Shown here: piece after piece, positions 1 to 7,870 of the stretch
How the letters are laid out: the number at the start of each line of letters is the position of its first letter
Position numbering within the stretch: position 1 is the first letter of the stretch
Virus genome (UHGV): UHGV-0210061
DNA length: 34,719 nucleotides
Origin: a virus
Strand: one strand, 5' to 3'
The notes under the pieces: model-generated
What the model was told of the DNA's origin: nothing
Database searches by the model: none
The model's input: only the letters and a program-made list of their open reading frames with translations
Translations under genes and position numbers: made by a program

Positions 1-187
1 TTGGTTTCTTCGTTCATTTGCGGATCCTCAGATCGTTACCGTGTCGCCGGGTTGAACCTGGCGGGCTTCTTTTTCGCTATCGCGGATGATGGTTGTGTTG
101 CTGTATCTGCCCCAGCTCAACACCTCCACCTCGACGATCCAGAAATGGCGATATGGACGAACGTCCAAAACTCGCGTCACAACGGCA

Positions 188-1156
188 TCAAGCGTGTTCA
201 TCAGATGGCTCCCCGTTATCGAATCCGGCGGCCAGGTCAAACCCGATCCATATCGCCGCCGGCCGCAGATTTTCAATGGTGCTCGTCCAAGCTCCACATG
301 CGCCAGAGTTGCGACCCACATCGCCGCGAAGAACGCCGATCACTTCACCGGCCATATCGCGGCTTTTGGCGCTGACAGAGCGGCGAACGCTGAAGGCGTG
401 GAGATTGAAAGCGGAGTAGATCTCGCGGGTTTCCGGGGTGTCGCTGTTGGAGATCACCGCGCGGGTGCCGTGCTGGCGATGAGCATCGAGCAGGGTTGCA
501 ACCAGGTCGCGGTGATCGTCCAGGGTAAATGGCTTGCCGTAGGCAGTGAAGTTGGCTGTTTTGCTGGCTGGAATGTAGGGTGGGTCGCAGTAAATAACCG
601 CGTCATATGCCAGCTGCATAACGTAAGGGATGGTGTAACGAAAATCGCCATCAATGAAAACGGCTTTTGTGTCGTTGGCCTTTTCGGCAAAGCGGCGCAT
701 CTCGTCAGCCGGAAAGTAAGGTGCGCCATATTTCCCGAACGGGACGTTATGATCACCCATCTGATTGACGCGATATATCCCGTTAAAGCAATGTCGGTTC
801 AGATACAGAAACAAAGCGGCATAAAGTAAAGCAGTATCAGCCTTGCCCGTATCGCTCCACTGCATGGAGTTAAATAGCGCACGGCGCTTGTAATATTGCT
901 CTTCGTTATTGCCACCCAGGAACATTCCGCGAGCGGTATCAATCAGTCGCTCGGTGTTGGAAATCAGCACACGAAAGAAATTGATCAGCGCGCGATTGCT
1001 ATCGCAGAGGATGTAACGGCGGTATTCCGTGTTCATAAACACGGTACCGCTGCCAACGAACGGCTCGATTAAACAATCGGCTTTCGGCAGTTGCATCAGC
1101 AGCTGCCGCATGACGCGGGTTTTGCCGCCAGCCCATTTGATAGGTGATTTAGTCAT
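188..1156 (-). CDS. dam: DNA adenine N6-methyltransferase (Dam-like)
   Basis: Start MTKSPIKWAGGK; motif I EPFVGSGTVF; motif IV DPPY; C-terminal SNSDT region. ATG at 1156 with GAGG SD. About 40 aa longer at the C-terminus than E. coli Dam. Confidence 0.85.
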   Translation of the reverse strand: MTKSPIKWAGGKTRVMRQLLMQLPKADCLIEPFVGSGTVFMNTEYRRYILCDSNRALINFFRVLISNTERLIDTARGMFLGGNNEEQYYKRRALFNSMQWSDTGKADTALLYAALFLYLNRHCFNGIYRVNQMGDHNVPFGKYGAPYFPADEMRRFAEKANDTKAVFIDGDFRYTIPYVMQLAYDAVIYCDPPYIPASKTANFTAYGKPFTLDDHRDLVATLLDAHRQHGTRAVISNSDTPETREIYSAFNLHAFSVRRSVSAKSRDMAGEVIGVLRGDVGRNSGACGAWTSTIENLRPAAIWIGFDLAAGFDNGEPSDEHA

Positions 1157-1164
1157 TGCGCGCC

Positions 1165-1743
1165 TCACAATGATTCGAGGTGCGGGGAGGTCAGGCGCTG
1201 CCAGATCTCGCAAACCTGCTCGGCCTGATAGATGGCGTCGGTTAAGGCGTTGTGTGCAACTGAGCGGCGCGGATGGGGGGCGTAACCGATAGCTCCGGCC
1301 ACTGTAAGCAGCGAGCGGAAACAGCATTCATTCCAGTAAAGCCACGGCAGCATGGAAACGCCTTCGAGCGATGAGCGTTCAAATGCAGATTTGAGGATCG
1401 GGAAATCAAACGAACCGCCCTTGCACCACACCTTCAGATTCTTTTTCTTGGTTTCAGGGAATGCGCCTTCAATGAATTTGGCGAAATCCAGCATCACCTC
1501 AATTTCATGCGACTTCGCGCCTACCAGCTCGCTGATAGGTTCTTTGTCCTGCCTGAGCCACCACATCACTGTATCGGCGGAGATGTGCGCGCCGCGATTC
1601 TGCGAGGTTCGCGGATCAATGGTCTGATAGAACGAAGGGCCGATTTTTCCAGTTGACGGTTCGAAGAAGGTCGCGCCAATCGCGCAAATTACCGCATTCG
1701 GCTGGGTGCTGAGCGTTTCAATGTCGATCATTAAGTGGTTCAT
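1165..1743 (-). CDS. DnaQ-like 3'-5' exonuclease (DEDDh family)
   Basis: Exo I motif MIDIETL, Exo III-like HNALTDA; 192 aa. Stop overlaps upstream ORF start (ATGA); ends 9 nt before the dam ATG. Confidence 0.8.
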   Translation of the reverse strand: MNHLMIDIETLSTQPNAVICAIGATFFEPSTGKIGPSFYQTIDPRTSQNRGAHISADTVMWWLRQDKEPISELVGAKSHEIEVMLDFAKFIEGAFPETKKKNLKVWCKGGSFDFPILKSAFERSSLEGVSMLPWLYWNECCFRSLLTVAGAIGYAPHPRRSVAHNALTDAIYQAEQVCEIWQRLTSPHLESL

Positions 1744-1964
1744 TGTTTGCTTTCCTCAGTGATGGTTAATTCGCGGGCATCGGCCCACTGTTCGATTGAT
1801 GAATAAATCTCTTCCGGGGTGGCCCTTTCCTTTTTCAGCTGACCGACATAAATACGCAGCAGTCCCAGCAGGTGGGCGCGCTCACGTTTCCGTGCATTGG
1901 TGCTTATTTCCACAAACTCTGGATCGCTAATTCCGCCATCCAGTTTTATTGACGTGATCGACAT
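1740..1964 (-). CDS. hypothetical early-operon protein (74 aa from internal ATG with AGGAGG SD)
   Basis: ORF 1740..1985; strongest SD (cAGGAGGtcgcATG) precedes M8 at 1964. Stop overlaps the exonuclease start. Confidence 0.5.
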   Translation of the reverse strand: MSITSIKLDGGISDPEFVEISTNARKRERAHLLGLLRIYVGQLKKERATPEEIYSSIEQWADARELTITEESKQ

Positions 1965-2032
1965 GCGACCTCCTGAAAAAGGCAAAACGAAGCCCCGGCA
2001 AAATGAATGCCGTTATTTTTAACGCTGGTTAA

Positions 2033-2305
2033 TTAGTGGTTGGGGTGCGGTTTTCTTTTAACCTGTTTAAATAACCTTTCGTGCCAGTAATACAAAAAGT
2101 CGATAAACGTCATTCGCGCACGCTCATGATTACCGCGAATTGTTTTCTCCAGACCGTAAATAATTAAATCTATCGACGGGCTGTCAGCGGTGACATAGAC
2201 GCGAGCGCCGTTCTTCAGGTGAACGGTGAAGCCCTGCTCTGCACTTTCCACCGCTTCGCGTATCAGCATTTCACGTTCCCACGATGTTTTCTCTTCGGTA
2301 AACAT
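2033..2305 (-). CDS. hypothetical early-operon protein (90 aa)
   Basis: ORF 2033..2317 begins with TTG; in-frame ATG at 2305 is preceded by GGAG. Same strand and tight spacing with its neighbours. Confidence 0.5.
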   Translation of the reverse strand: MFTEEKTSWEREMLIREAVESAEQGFTVHLKNGARVYVTADSPSIDLIIYGLEKTIRGNHERARMTFIDFLYYWHERLFKQVKRKPHPNH

Positions 2306-2320
2306 GGCGGACTCCAATGA

Positions 2321-2707
2321 TTAATAGAGGCGTGGGCGCTTCATCTGCGCTGACACCGTGGCCGACTGTTTCAGCTGCTGAAGCATCTCTGGTGTAACTT
2401 CCACTGTTACCGCCAGCGGCTTAAAAAACATCACTGTCTTGCTTGCTGCTTCCGGTTGCTCAGCATCCATAGATGACAGGTCGTATGGCTTCGGGATATC
2501 GCCATTAGTGATCAAAATGATGATGTTACGCAGCTCTTCCAGCGTAGCCTCATCGTTCTCGCCCTGGAGCATCGCGAAGTGATAAAGGTGGGATACGCCG
2601 TGGCGTAAAAGTTGATGGGAATAATCATGGTTCCATTCCAGAAACTCCTTGTTGAAATGGAAGCATTGCAGCAGCGAATTAATTTTGTCTGCGTATTCTC
2701 TTTTCAT
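2321..2707 (-). CDS. hypothetical early-operon protein (128 aa, His-rich segment NHDYSHQLLRHGVSHLYH)
   Basis: ATG at 2707 with GAGG SD; stop 3 nt before the next ORF. Confidence 0.55.
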   Translation of the reverse strand: MKREYADKINSLLQCFHFNKEFLEWNHDYSHQLLRHGVSHLYHFAMLQGENDEATLEELRNIIILITNGDIPKPYDLSSMDAEQPEAASKTVMFFKPLAVTVEVTPEMLQQLKQSATVSAQMKRPRLY

Positions 2708-2723
2708 TTTCAGCCTCGGCTAT

Positions 2724-2969
2724 TTAGTGAATGATGAAACGGTTATTATTAATAATTCGATCTATCGTTTTGCACGCTTCAGCTAATGCAAAGTCAATCC
2801 CGAAGTAATGGCCGCTATGCGTGATCTGATAGCGCTGGCGGCTGTATGGTTTTTTGCGTGGGAGCTTCAGAATAGTAAAGCCACGGTAAAGACTGGTTTT
2901 ACTATTCAGCTGCGAGACCGCTCCGCTAATTCCACTTTTCATGTATCCACTCCCTGAAGCAGTTCGCAT
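2724..2969 (-). CDS. hypothetical protein translationally coupled to cox (81 aa)
   Basis: ATG at 2969 overlaps the cox stop (TGATG). Basic KLPRKKPYSRQRY segment. Confidence 0.5.
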   Translation of the reverse strand: MRTASGSGYMKSGISGAVSQLNSKTSLYRGFTILKLPRKKPYSRQRYQITHSGHYFGIDFALAEACKTIDRIINNNRFIIH

Positions 2970-3241
2970 CAAAGCCCCATCCACAGCAACCAGGCATCGC
3001 GCTGTTCTACCGGGCGGTTGTAATACGCCTCACGCACTGCACGGTTGAACTCAGGGATATACACCCAGCGTTCACCCGCGCGGGCGTTCGGTTTGGTTGG
3101 GTCGCGCAGCTCAATCACCGGCAGCTTTCTTGCCTTGATCATTTCTTCCACGGCGGACTTTGGCTTGCCGATCAGCTCGGCGAACTTCTCCACATGGACA
3201 GCATCAAGCGGATATTTGATCGCGTAATCGCTCGCTTCCAT
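2969..3241 (-). CDS. cox: Cox-like excisionase / early-promoter repressor
   Basis: 90 aa with KLPVIEL and C-terminal DAWLLWMGL, resembling P2 Cox (KLPVID... WLMWLGL). First gene of the leftward early operon, divergent from C. AGGAG SD. Confidence 0.75.
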   Translation of the reverse strand: MEASDYAIKYPLDAVHVEKFAELIGKPKSAVEEMIKARKLPVIELRDPTKPNARAGERWVYIPEFNRAVREAYYNRPVEQRDAWLLWMGL

Positions 3242-3379
3242 CGTTCACGCTCCTGTTAGCTCGTGTTAATCTCGTAAGATCCAGCCCTTTCTAAACCGTT
3301 TGAAAACGTTCTAGCGGCTGGTTTTCATGCCTGAAAAGGTCACTAATCACAAACCTTTTGCGAGAATATAGTCACTAAC
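3242..3379. promoter_or_regulatory. lysis-lysogeny switch region (divergent early/repressor promoters) with two direct repeats GTCACTAA (3339-3346, 3371-3378)
   Basis: 138-bp divergent intergenic region between cox and C. P2 C repressor is known to bind direct, not inverted, repeats. TATAGT -10-like hexamer at 3367-3372 just upstream of the C ATG. Confidence 0.5.
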
Positions 3380-3688
3380 ATGCAACCAAGTCAAATGAAA
3401 ATGGGCCAGAAGCTTAGAGCAATCAGAAAAGCTGAGGGTATAACCCAAGCAAAATTCTGCGAAATCACTGGCATAGCACTAGGCACCGTAAAAAATTATG
3501 AAGGGGGGCACTCAGATCCTGGGATTCAAATCGTTTTGCAGGTAACTAACGCACCGCAACTACAGAAATACACGCTATGGCTGATGACTGACAAAACCGC
3601 CCCGCAGGCTGGTCAGATCGCACCGGCCCTCGCGCACATTGGGCCAGAATCAACGGAATCAGACCAATCCGGGAAACAGACTGGCTAA
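3380..3688 (+). CDS. C: C-type immunity repressor (XRE-family HTH)
   Basis: 102 aa with HTH ITQAKFCEITGIALGTVKNYE; position between cox and int as in P2. Confidence 0.8.
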   Translation: MQPSQMKMGQKLRAIRKAEGITQAKFCEITGIALGTVKNYEGGHSDPGIQIVLQVTNAPQLQKYTLWLMTDKTAPQAGQIAPALAHIGPESTESDQSGKQTG

Positions 3689-3757
3689 CACTTTATAAAC
3701 ATTACATTTTCACTATTTGTTACCAAGATAGTGAAAACTGCGCCGGAGGGCTTTCTT

Positions 3758-4738
3758 ATGTCGATTAAGAAGCTCGATGATGGTCGCTATATGGTGGACA
3801 TTAGACCGCGCGGGGCAGCAGGACGCCGCATCCGCAGGACGTTTGACAGAAAGGCAGAAGCTACCGCGTTTGAGCAATACACGATAGCGAACGCCAGCCA
3901 AAAAGAATGGACTGGTAAGCGCGCCGACCGGCGGCCTTTAAGTGAGTTGCTCGATGCCTGGTGGCGGTACCACGGGCAAAACCATGAAAACGGCAAAAAG
4001 GAATTCAATCACCTTTTGAAGACAATAAGCGGCCTCGGCGATCCCGCCGTTAGTCGGTTAAGCAAAAGAGATTTAATGGATTACCGCTCAAGCCGTTTGA
4101 ATGCCGGGATCAAGGCATCAACGATTAATCGTGAGATGTACCGATTATCCGGCATGTTTACGAAGTTAATACAGATTGAGGAATTTAGCGGGCAGCACCC
4201 CGTTAACGGGCTTCCACCACTGGCGGAAGAAAACCCGGAAATGACATTTCTGGAGCGGGAAGAGATCAGCAGTTTGTTGAACGTTCTGGAGGGGGATTAT
4301 CTCTTAGTTGCCCTGTTATGCCTGAGCACTGGCGGGAGATGGTCAGAGGTCGCCACGTTGAAGCGGTCGAATATCGTCAACTGCCGCGTTACTTTCCTGA
4401 AGACAAAAAATGGGAAAAAACGGACGGTGCCAATCTCTGAAGAACTGGAAAAAAAGGTGAAAAAAGAGGCCAGCGGGAAGCTGTTCAAAGTGGATTATGA
4501 GAGGTTCTGTAAGATACTGCGGGAGGTGAAGCCGGATATCCCGGAAAACCAGGCAACGCATATTCTACGCCACACCTTTGCAAGCCATTTCATGATGAAC
4601 GGCGGGAATATCATCGCACTGCAACAGATCCTGGGGCATGCGAATATTCAGCAAACGATGGTCTATGCGCACCTGTCGCCTGACTACCTGCAAAACGCGG
4701 TGACGTTGAACCCGTTACAGGGGGGAGTTGCGGCATAA
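3758..4738 (+). CDS. int: tyrosine integrase (P2 Int family)
   Basis: From ATG 3758 (GGAGGG SD) the protein MSIKKLDDGRYMVDIRPRG... aligns closely with P2 Int (MAIKKLDDGRYEVDIRP...). Catalytic region HILRHTFASHF...MVYAHL. The tracker's GTG at 3731 is probably not the start. Confidence 0.9.
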   Translation: MSIKKLDDGRYMVDIRPRGAAGRRIRRTFDRKAEATAFEQYTIANASQKEWTGKRADRRPLSELLDAWWRYHGQNHENGKKEFNHLLKTISGLGDPAVSRLSKRDLMDYRSSRLNAGIKASTINREMYRLSGMFTKLIQIEEFSGQHPVNGLPPLAEENPEMTFLEREEISSLLNVLEGDYLLVALLCLSTGGRWSEVATLKRSNIVNCRVTFLKTKNGKKRTVPISEELEKKVKKEASGKLFKVDYERFCKILREVKPDIPENQATHILRHTFASHFMMNGGNIIALQQILGHANIQQTMVYAHLSPDYLQNAVTLNPLQGGVAA

Positions 4739-4744
4739 AGTGCG

Positions 4745-4965
4745 CCCCGGAGTGTCCATATACTGTCCACACTCCGGGAAATTTGAAAGCGTTCCAAACC
4801 TTCACAACTCTTTTTAAGTCGTTGTTTTGATTTGAATGCAGAGGTAAGTGATTGATAAAAAAAACCCCCACATCATGTGGGGGAAGACAGGGATGGTGCG
4901 CTAAGGAAGCCGCCAGCCCACTGATAAAAAAGGATTTTTATCAAACAGTGTCCACACTGTGACCA
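4745..4965. other. putative attP region: inverted repeat CCGGAGTGT...ACACTCCGG (4747-4778) carrying tandem TGTCCA(T/C)A repeats, and a third TGTCCACA copy at 4950-4957
   Basis: Immediately downstream of int, where P2 has attP; the complementary strand reads TGTGGACA-like direct repeats, reminiscent of P2 Int arm-type sites (from memory). Core not identified. Confidence 0.4.
4857..4883 (-). terminator. rho-independent terminator (minus strand)
   Basis: CCCCCACA-tca-TGTGGGGG hairpin; on the minus strand it is followed by T8 (plus-strand A8 at 4857-4864). Confidence 0.65.
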
Positions 4966-4972
4966 CATCGAC

Positions 4973-4997
4973 AAAAAAGCCACGGTTATCCGTGGCT
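4973..4997 (-). terminator. rho-independent terminator of the cargo operon (minus strand)
   Basis: AGCCACGG-ttat-CCGTGGCT hairpin followed, on the minus strand, by T6. Lies 20 nt downstream of the stop at 5019. Confidence 0.7.
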
Positions 4998-5018
4998 TAT
5001 CTTCATTACCTATCAGCT

Positions 5019-5915
5019 CTATTTCCAGCCACAGGCTTGCTGTAACGGTTTCAATGCGCTATTGAGTCCCGCCAAATCGAATGTCACAGACACCGGGCTT
5101 TCGTTGTAAGGCGTTATCCTGGCGAACATCTTATCGGCTTTCACCATGGCTTTAACAAAATCAATATCTCGCCCACTGTAGAAAACAGCCTTTGTATCAG
5201 TAGAAATCGACCATCGCCTTTCCACGGCTTTTTGCTTATCAAACCGGTAAAGCATGCTAGTTTCTTCTAGCCCCAGATATACATCCCAATTAATAAAAAC
5301 TTCGGTTTTCTTTTCACGACAAGCTACAAAAATCGTTGGTGTAACGGTCTCGCCGTATGGTGTTCTGATGGAATCATTGCTAGGTAGCATTAAAACCACA
5401 TTTTTAGAGTCATCAACCGGTGAAGTTGTTATATGAGTCAGCCATTTTCCAGGGTTCGGGGCTGACTCAACTGCGGAAGACGCAACATTCTCTGGTTCAT
5501 CTTGAGGGAAAAGCTTGTCATAACACGCTAATCGTTTGGTGCCATTTATTTCTGAACGGCATTCAAGGAGCTTTTCTTTACTGATAGCCTCGTTTTTAGC
5601 GGCCTCTTGGCCTGAAGATATGGTTTTGGTCAAATTTGTTGGTTTAAATGTTGGTGAGAAAAATCTGTCGTAGCAGGTCAGGCGGCCCTCGTCCGTTTTT
5701 TCATCAGGGCATTGGTCTCTACTTTCAAATTTTTTAGCACTCTTCGTTCGCGTCGGTGGAATTGAATTATCGTAACAAGAAAGACGCTGAGAGCTATCCT
5801 CAATCGCTCGACACTGAAGAACCCCTTTAAAGTCCTTTGGCTCCTTTTGAGCATGAGCCGCCAAAGACACGGAAGCGGCTAAAAATGTCACAATGAAAAC
5901 AAAACTTTTCTTCAT
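5019..5915 (-). CDS. secreted/periplasmic protein with three tandem Cys-pair repeats (C-x9-10-RL[STA]CYD) and a ~170-aa C-terminal domain
   Basis: ATG at 5915 gives signal peptide MKKSFVFIVTFLAASVSLAAHA|QKE. Repeats QCRAIEDSSQRLSCYDN, QCPDEKTDEGRLTCYDRF, ECRSEINGTKRLACYDKLF. AAGGGA SD; start 4 nt after the upstream gene's stop. Visibly lower GC than the phage core. Confidence 0.7.
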   Translation of the reverse strand: MKKSFVFIVTFLAASVSLAAHAQKEPKDFKGVLQCRAIEDSSQRLSCYDNSIPPTRTKSAKKFESRDQCPDEKTDEGRLTCYDRFFSPTFKPTNLTKTISSGQEAAKNEAISKEKLLECRSEINGTKRLACYDKLFPQDEPENVASSAVESAPNPGKWLTHITTSPVDDSKNVVLMLPSNDSIRTPYGETVTPTIFVACREKKTEVFINWDVYLGLEETSMLYRFDKQKAVERRWSISTDTKAVFYSGRDIDFVKAMVKADKMFARITPYNESPVSVTFDLAGLNSALKPLQQACGWK

Positions 5916-5919
5916 GAGA

Positions 5920-6252
5920 TCATCCCTTTGGTCTTGTAAGAAACACCAGTATTCCAATGACAATGTCGCCAATAACCCAAATAGTGCCAATGGCCATCAT
6001 TCCCAGACCAGCCCCTAAAGCAGCCCCAGCCCTTTCCGCTTCCGATGTGGCATGATTAATAACTTCACCGGTTCCGCCCAAGCCTTTGAAGAGGGCGTAG
6101 ATCATGAAGATGTTAAATAGAATGAAGATCCATTTTATAAGTAGCCCAAAAATTGAGCGGCGCGGTTTTCTTAGTTGTTTGCCGCAGGAAGGGCACCTCA
6201 ACGCTGAATCACTCACTTCTTTCCGGCATTCCGGGCAGCTAACTAAAGCCAT
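5920..6252 (-). CDS. zinc-ribbon inner-membrane protein (CPEC...CPSC followed by two TM helices)
   Basis: Three in-frame ATGs (6267, 6258, 6252); GGGGA SD best placed for 6252 (MALVSCPECRK...). TM1 SIFGLLIKWIFILFNIFMIYALF, TM2 GAALGAGLGMMAIGTIWVIGDIVIGILVFL. Confidence 0.65.
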   Translation of the reverse strand: MALVSCPECRKEVSDSALRCPSCGKQLRKPRRSIFGLLIKWIFILFNIFMIYALFKGLGGTGEVINHATSEAERAGAALGAGLGMMAIGTIWVIGDIVIGILVFLTRPKG

Positions 6253-6305
6253 AACCATTATCCCCATCGTTACTTATTGGTTTTTATTTGTAACAAAACA
6301 TTTTG

Positions 6306-6333
6306 ATTTTATCGGATCATTCTCAATTGACAA
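6306..6333 (-). promoter_or_regulatory. sigma70-like promoter for the cargo operon (TTGTCA-N16-TAAAAT on the minus strand)
   Basis: Plus-strand TGACAA at 6328-6333 and ATTTTA at 6306-6311; about 55 nt upstream of the first cargo ATG. Confidence 0.45.
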
Positions 6334-6341
6334 GAAATATA

Positions 6342-6357
6342 CCCCGCATATGCGGGG
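6342..6357 (-). terminator. perfect palindrome CCCCGCATATGCGGGG just downstream of the ogr stop; probable ogr terminator
   Basis: 16-bp perfect hairpin followed on the minus strand by TATATTTCTT (weak U-tract). Confidence 0.4.
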
Positions 6358-6363
6358 TATATT

Positions 6364-6612
6364 TTAAACTGCGAGGGTAAGCTGATCGTTGCCGTAGTGC
6401 GATGCAGGAAACGCATCTGAAGGGATGAAGCCCGGCGGTAACTTTTCACGCGGTGTGCGCTTCGTTACCAGTTTTTCAACGCTGTTTAGCGTGGTGAAAG
6501 TGATACTACATTCAAAATTCTGGCACTGGTGATAATGCCGAACGGTGGTATTGCTTAACGAGCGACTGGTACGCGTTTTTGCAACGGCACCACAAACAGG
6601 GCACTTAAACAT
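6364..6612 (-). CDS. ogr: Ogr/Delta-family zinc-finger late-gene transcription activator
   Basis: MFKCPVCGAVAKTRTSR...VRHYHQCQNFECSITFTT closely parallels P2 Ogr (MFHCPLCQHAAHARTSR...ERYHQCQNVNCSATF). GGGAGG SD. Confidence 0.85.
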   Translation of the reverse strand: MFKCPVCGAVAKTRTSRSLSNTTVRHYHQCQNFECSITFTTLNSVEKLVTKRTPREKLPPGFIPSDAFPASHYGNDQLTLAV

Positions 6613-6657
6613 GATGGCCTCCCGGGGCGGGAGTTGAACTCGCTCATATTATGGCCG

Positions 6658-7812
6658 CTAACTCTCACTTTCTGCAATCCATTCAGGTATTCTCGCCTCA
6701 AGCTCCAGCCGGGTTTTGAATCCGCTATCGTCTACCGTATGCCCCACCTTCGCGATTATCCAGTCCTGCTTGTCTATCGCATCTTTAAATCCCGCTACGG
6801 TTCCGTGCATCTCCGGATAAAGATCCGCGCGCCCATAAGCCAGGGTTAACGAAAATTCAGCTGCACCGCGCTGAAGCTGCTGCCACTTTGCGGCGGCCGC
6901 GCGCTGTGCCGCCATTTCGCTGCTGTATGTTGTGCGGAGTACAAAAACATTACCATCTTCCCCGGCGATATAATCGCCCTCCCGGCTGCTGCTGCGCGGC
7001 TTCTTCTCCGTGGTTTTCTTGCGCTTCTTCACCGTGACTTTTTTCTTTTTGCCGAAGTTCAGATCCAGCCAGTAAGCCTGCACGCCGGTGTAAGCGTCGC
7101 GGTCTGCAATACGGAACGAATGGCGGTCTGCACTACCGCGCGTAATGGCGAACTCCGGCAACGCTTTGCCGTTTGCACTAACGCCACCACCCGGCAGAAT
7201 GAACAACAGGCAACCGTTTTTCACCGTGGCGATGGCACCGAGAATATCCGCCATGCGCGTCAGGAATGACATGTCGCTTTCCTGTGTCTGGTCGGCATGA
7301 TCTATTTCGGCGCTCATCAGTTGCTCAGAAATGACCGGCGTCAGCTTGTAACGGTGAGCGATAGCCGACACGATTCGCTCTACCGTCACGTCATGCCACG
7401 ATACCTCGCGCTTGATATTGAATTCATCACGAAAATCCGCGCTACGGGCGGTTATCTCGATGCGGTCTGGCGGCCCTGAATGCGCGATCTCATCAACAAT
7501 ATAAATCCCCTTGTAGATTAGCGGCTCCCCCTGCCAGCCGAGCGATAACGACAACTCGGCACCACGAGGCGGCAGCTCAATATCGCCCTGGCTGTCATCA
7601 ACGGTGATCGTCAGCTCGTCGGCGTTAAATCCGCGATTATCCGTCAGCTCCAGAGAAATCATTTTTTCATCCAGCACGGTCAGCGCCTTGCCGCCAATCA
7701 GGACATTAAACGCCGGGATGCGCGACAACTCATCCTGGTATTTTTTGAAGTCCTGAGCGCCCGCATTCAGCAGGCTTTTTGCATTGTCGATAGTGTCTGT
7801 GTTCAGCGCCAT
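6658..7812 (-). CDS. D: tail protein D (P2 gpD family)
   Basis: 384 aa versus P2 D 387 aa. Position next to ogr. GGAGGG SD. Confidence 0.85.
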   Translation of the reverse strand: MALNTDTIDNAKSLLNAGAQDFKKYQDELSRIPAFNVLIGGKALTVLDEKMISLELTDNRGFNADELTITVDDSQGDIELPPRGAELSLSLGWQGEPLIYKGIYIVDEIAHSGPPDRIEITARSADFRDEFNIKREVSWHDVTVERIVSAIAHRYKLTPVISEQLMSAEIDHADQTQESDMSFLTRMADILGAIATVKNGCLLFILPGGGVSANGKALPEFAITRGSADRHSFRIADRDAYTGVQAYWLDLNFGKKKKVTVKKRKKTTEKKPRSSSREGDYIAGEDGNVFVLRTTYSSEMAAQRAAAAKWQQLQRGAAEFSLTLAYGRADLYPEMHGTVAGFKDAIDKQDWIIAKVGHTVDDSGFKTRLELEARIPEWIAESES

Positions 7813-7870
7813 GATTGCCCTCCGCCGCTGATAGTTCCATGCGCGCGCGAGGCATGCGACGGCTTTTTGT

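Noticed and set aside
86-829. 247-aa plus-strand ORF (and the 1-375 and 93-419 ORFs) over the left end
   Set aside because: Antisense to the well-supported dam gene, no SD, composition-driven; typical spurious ORF in GC-rich phage DNA.
4739-5018. Looked for a tRNA or tmRNA 3' fragment at the att region (P2-likes often target tRNA genes)
   Set aside because: No acceptor/T-arm-like sequence (GGTTCGAATCC…CCA) or cloverleaf pairing visible; the hairpins present are better explained as terminators and Int-site inverted repeats.
5254-5436. 60-aa plus-strand ORF inside the cargo gene
   Set aside because: Antisense to a longer ORF with signal peptide and coupled neighbour; no SD.
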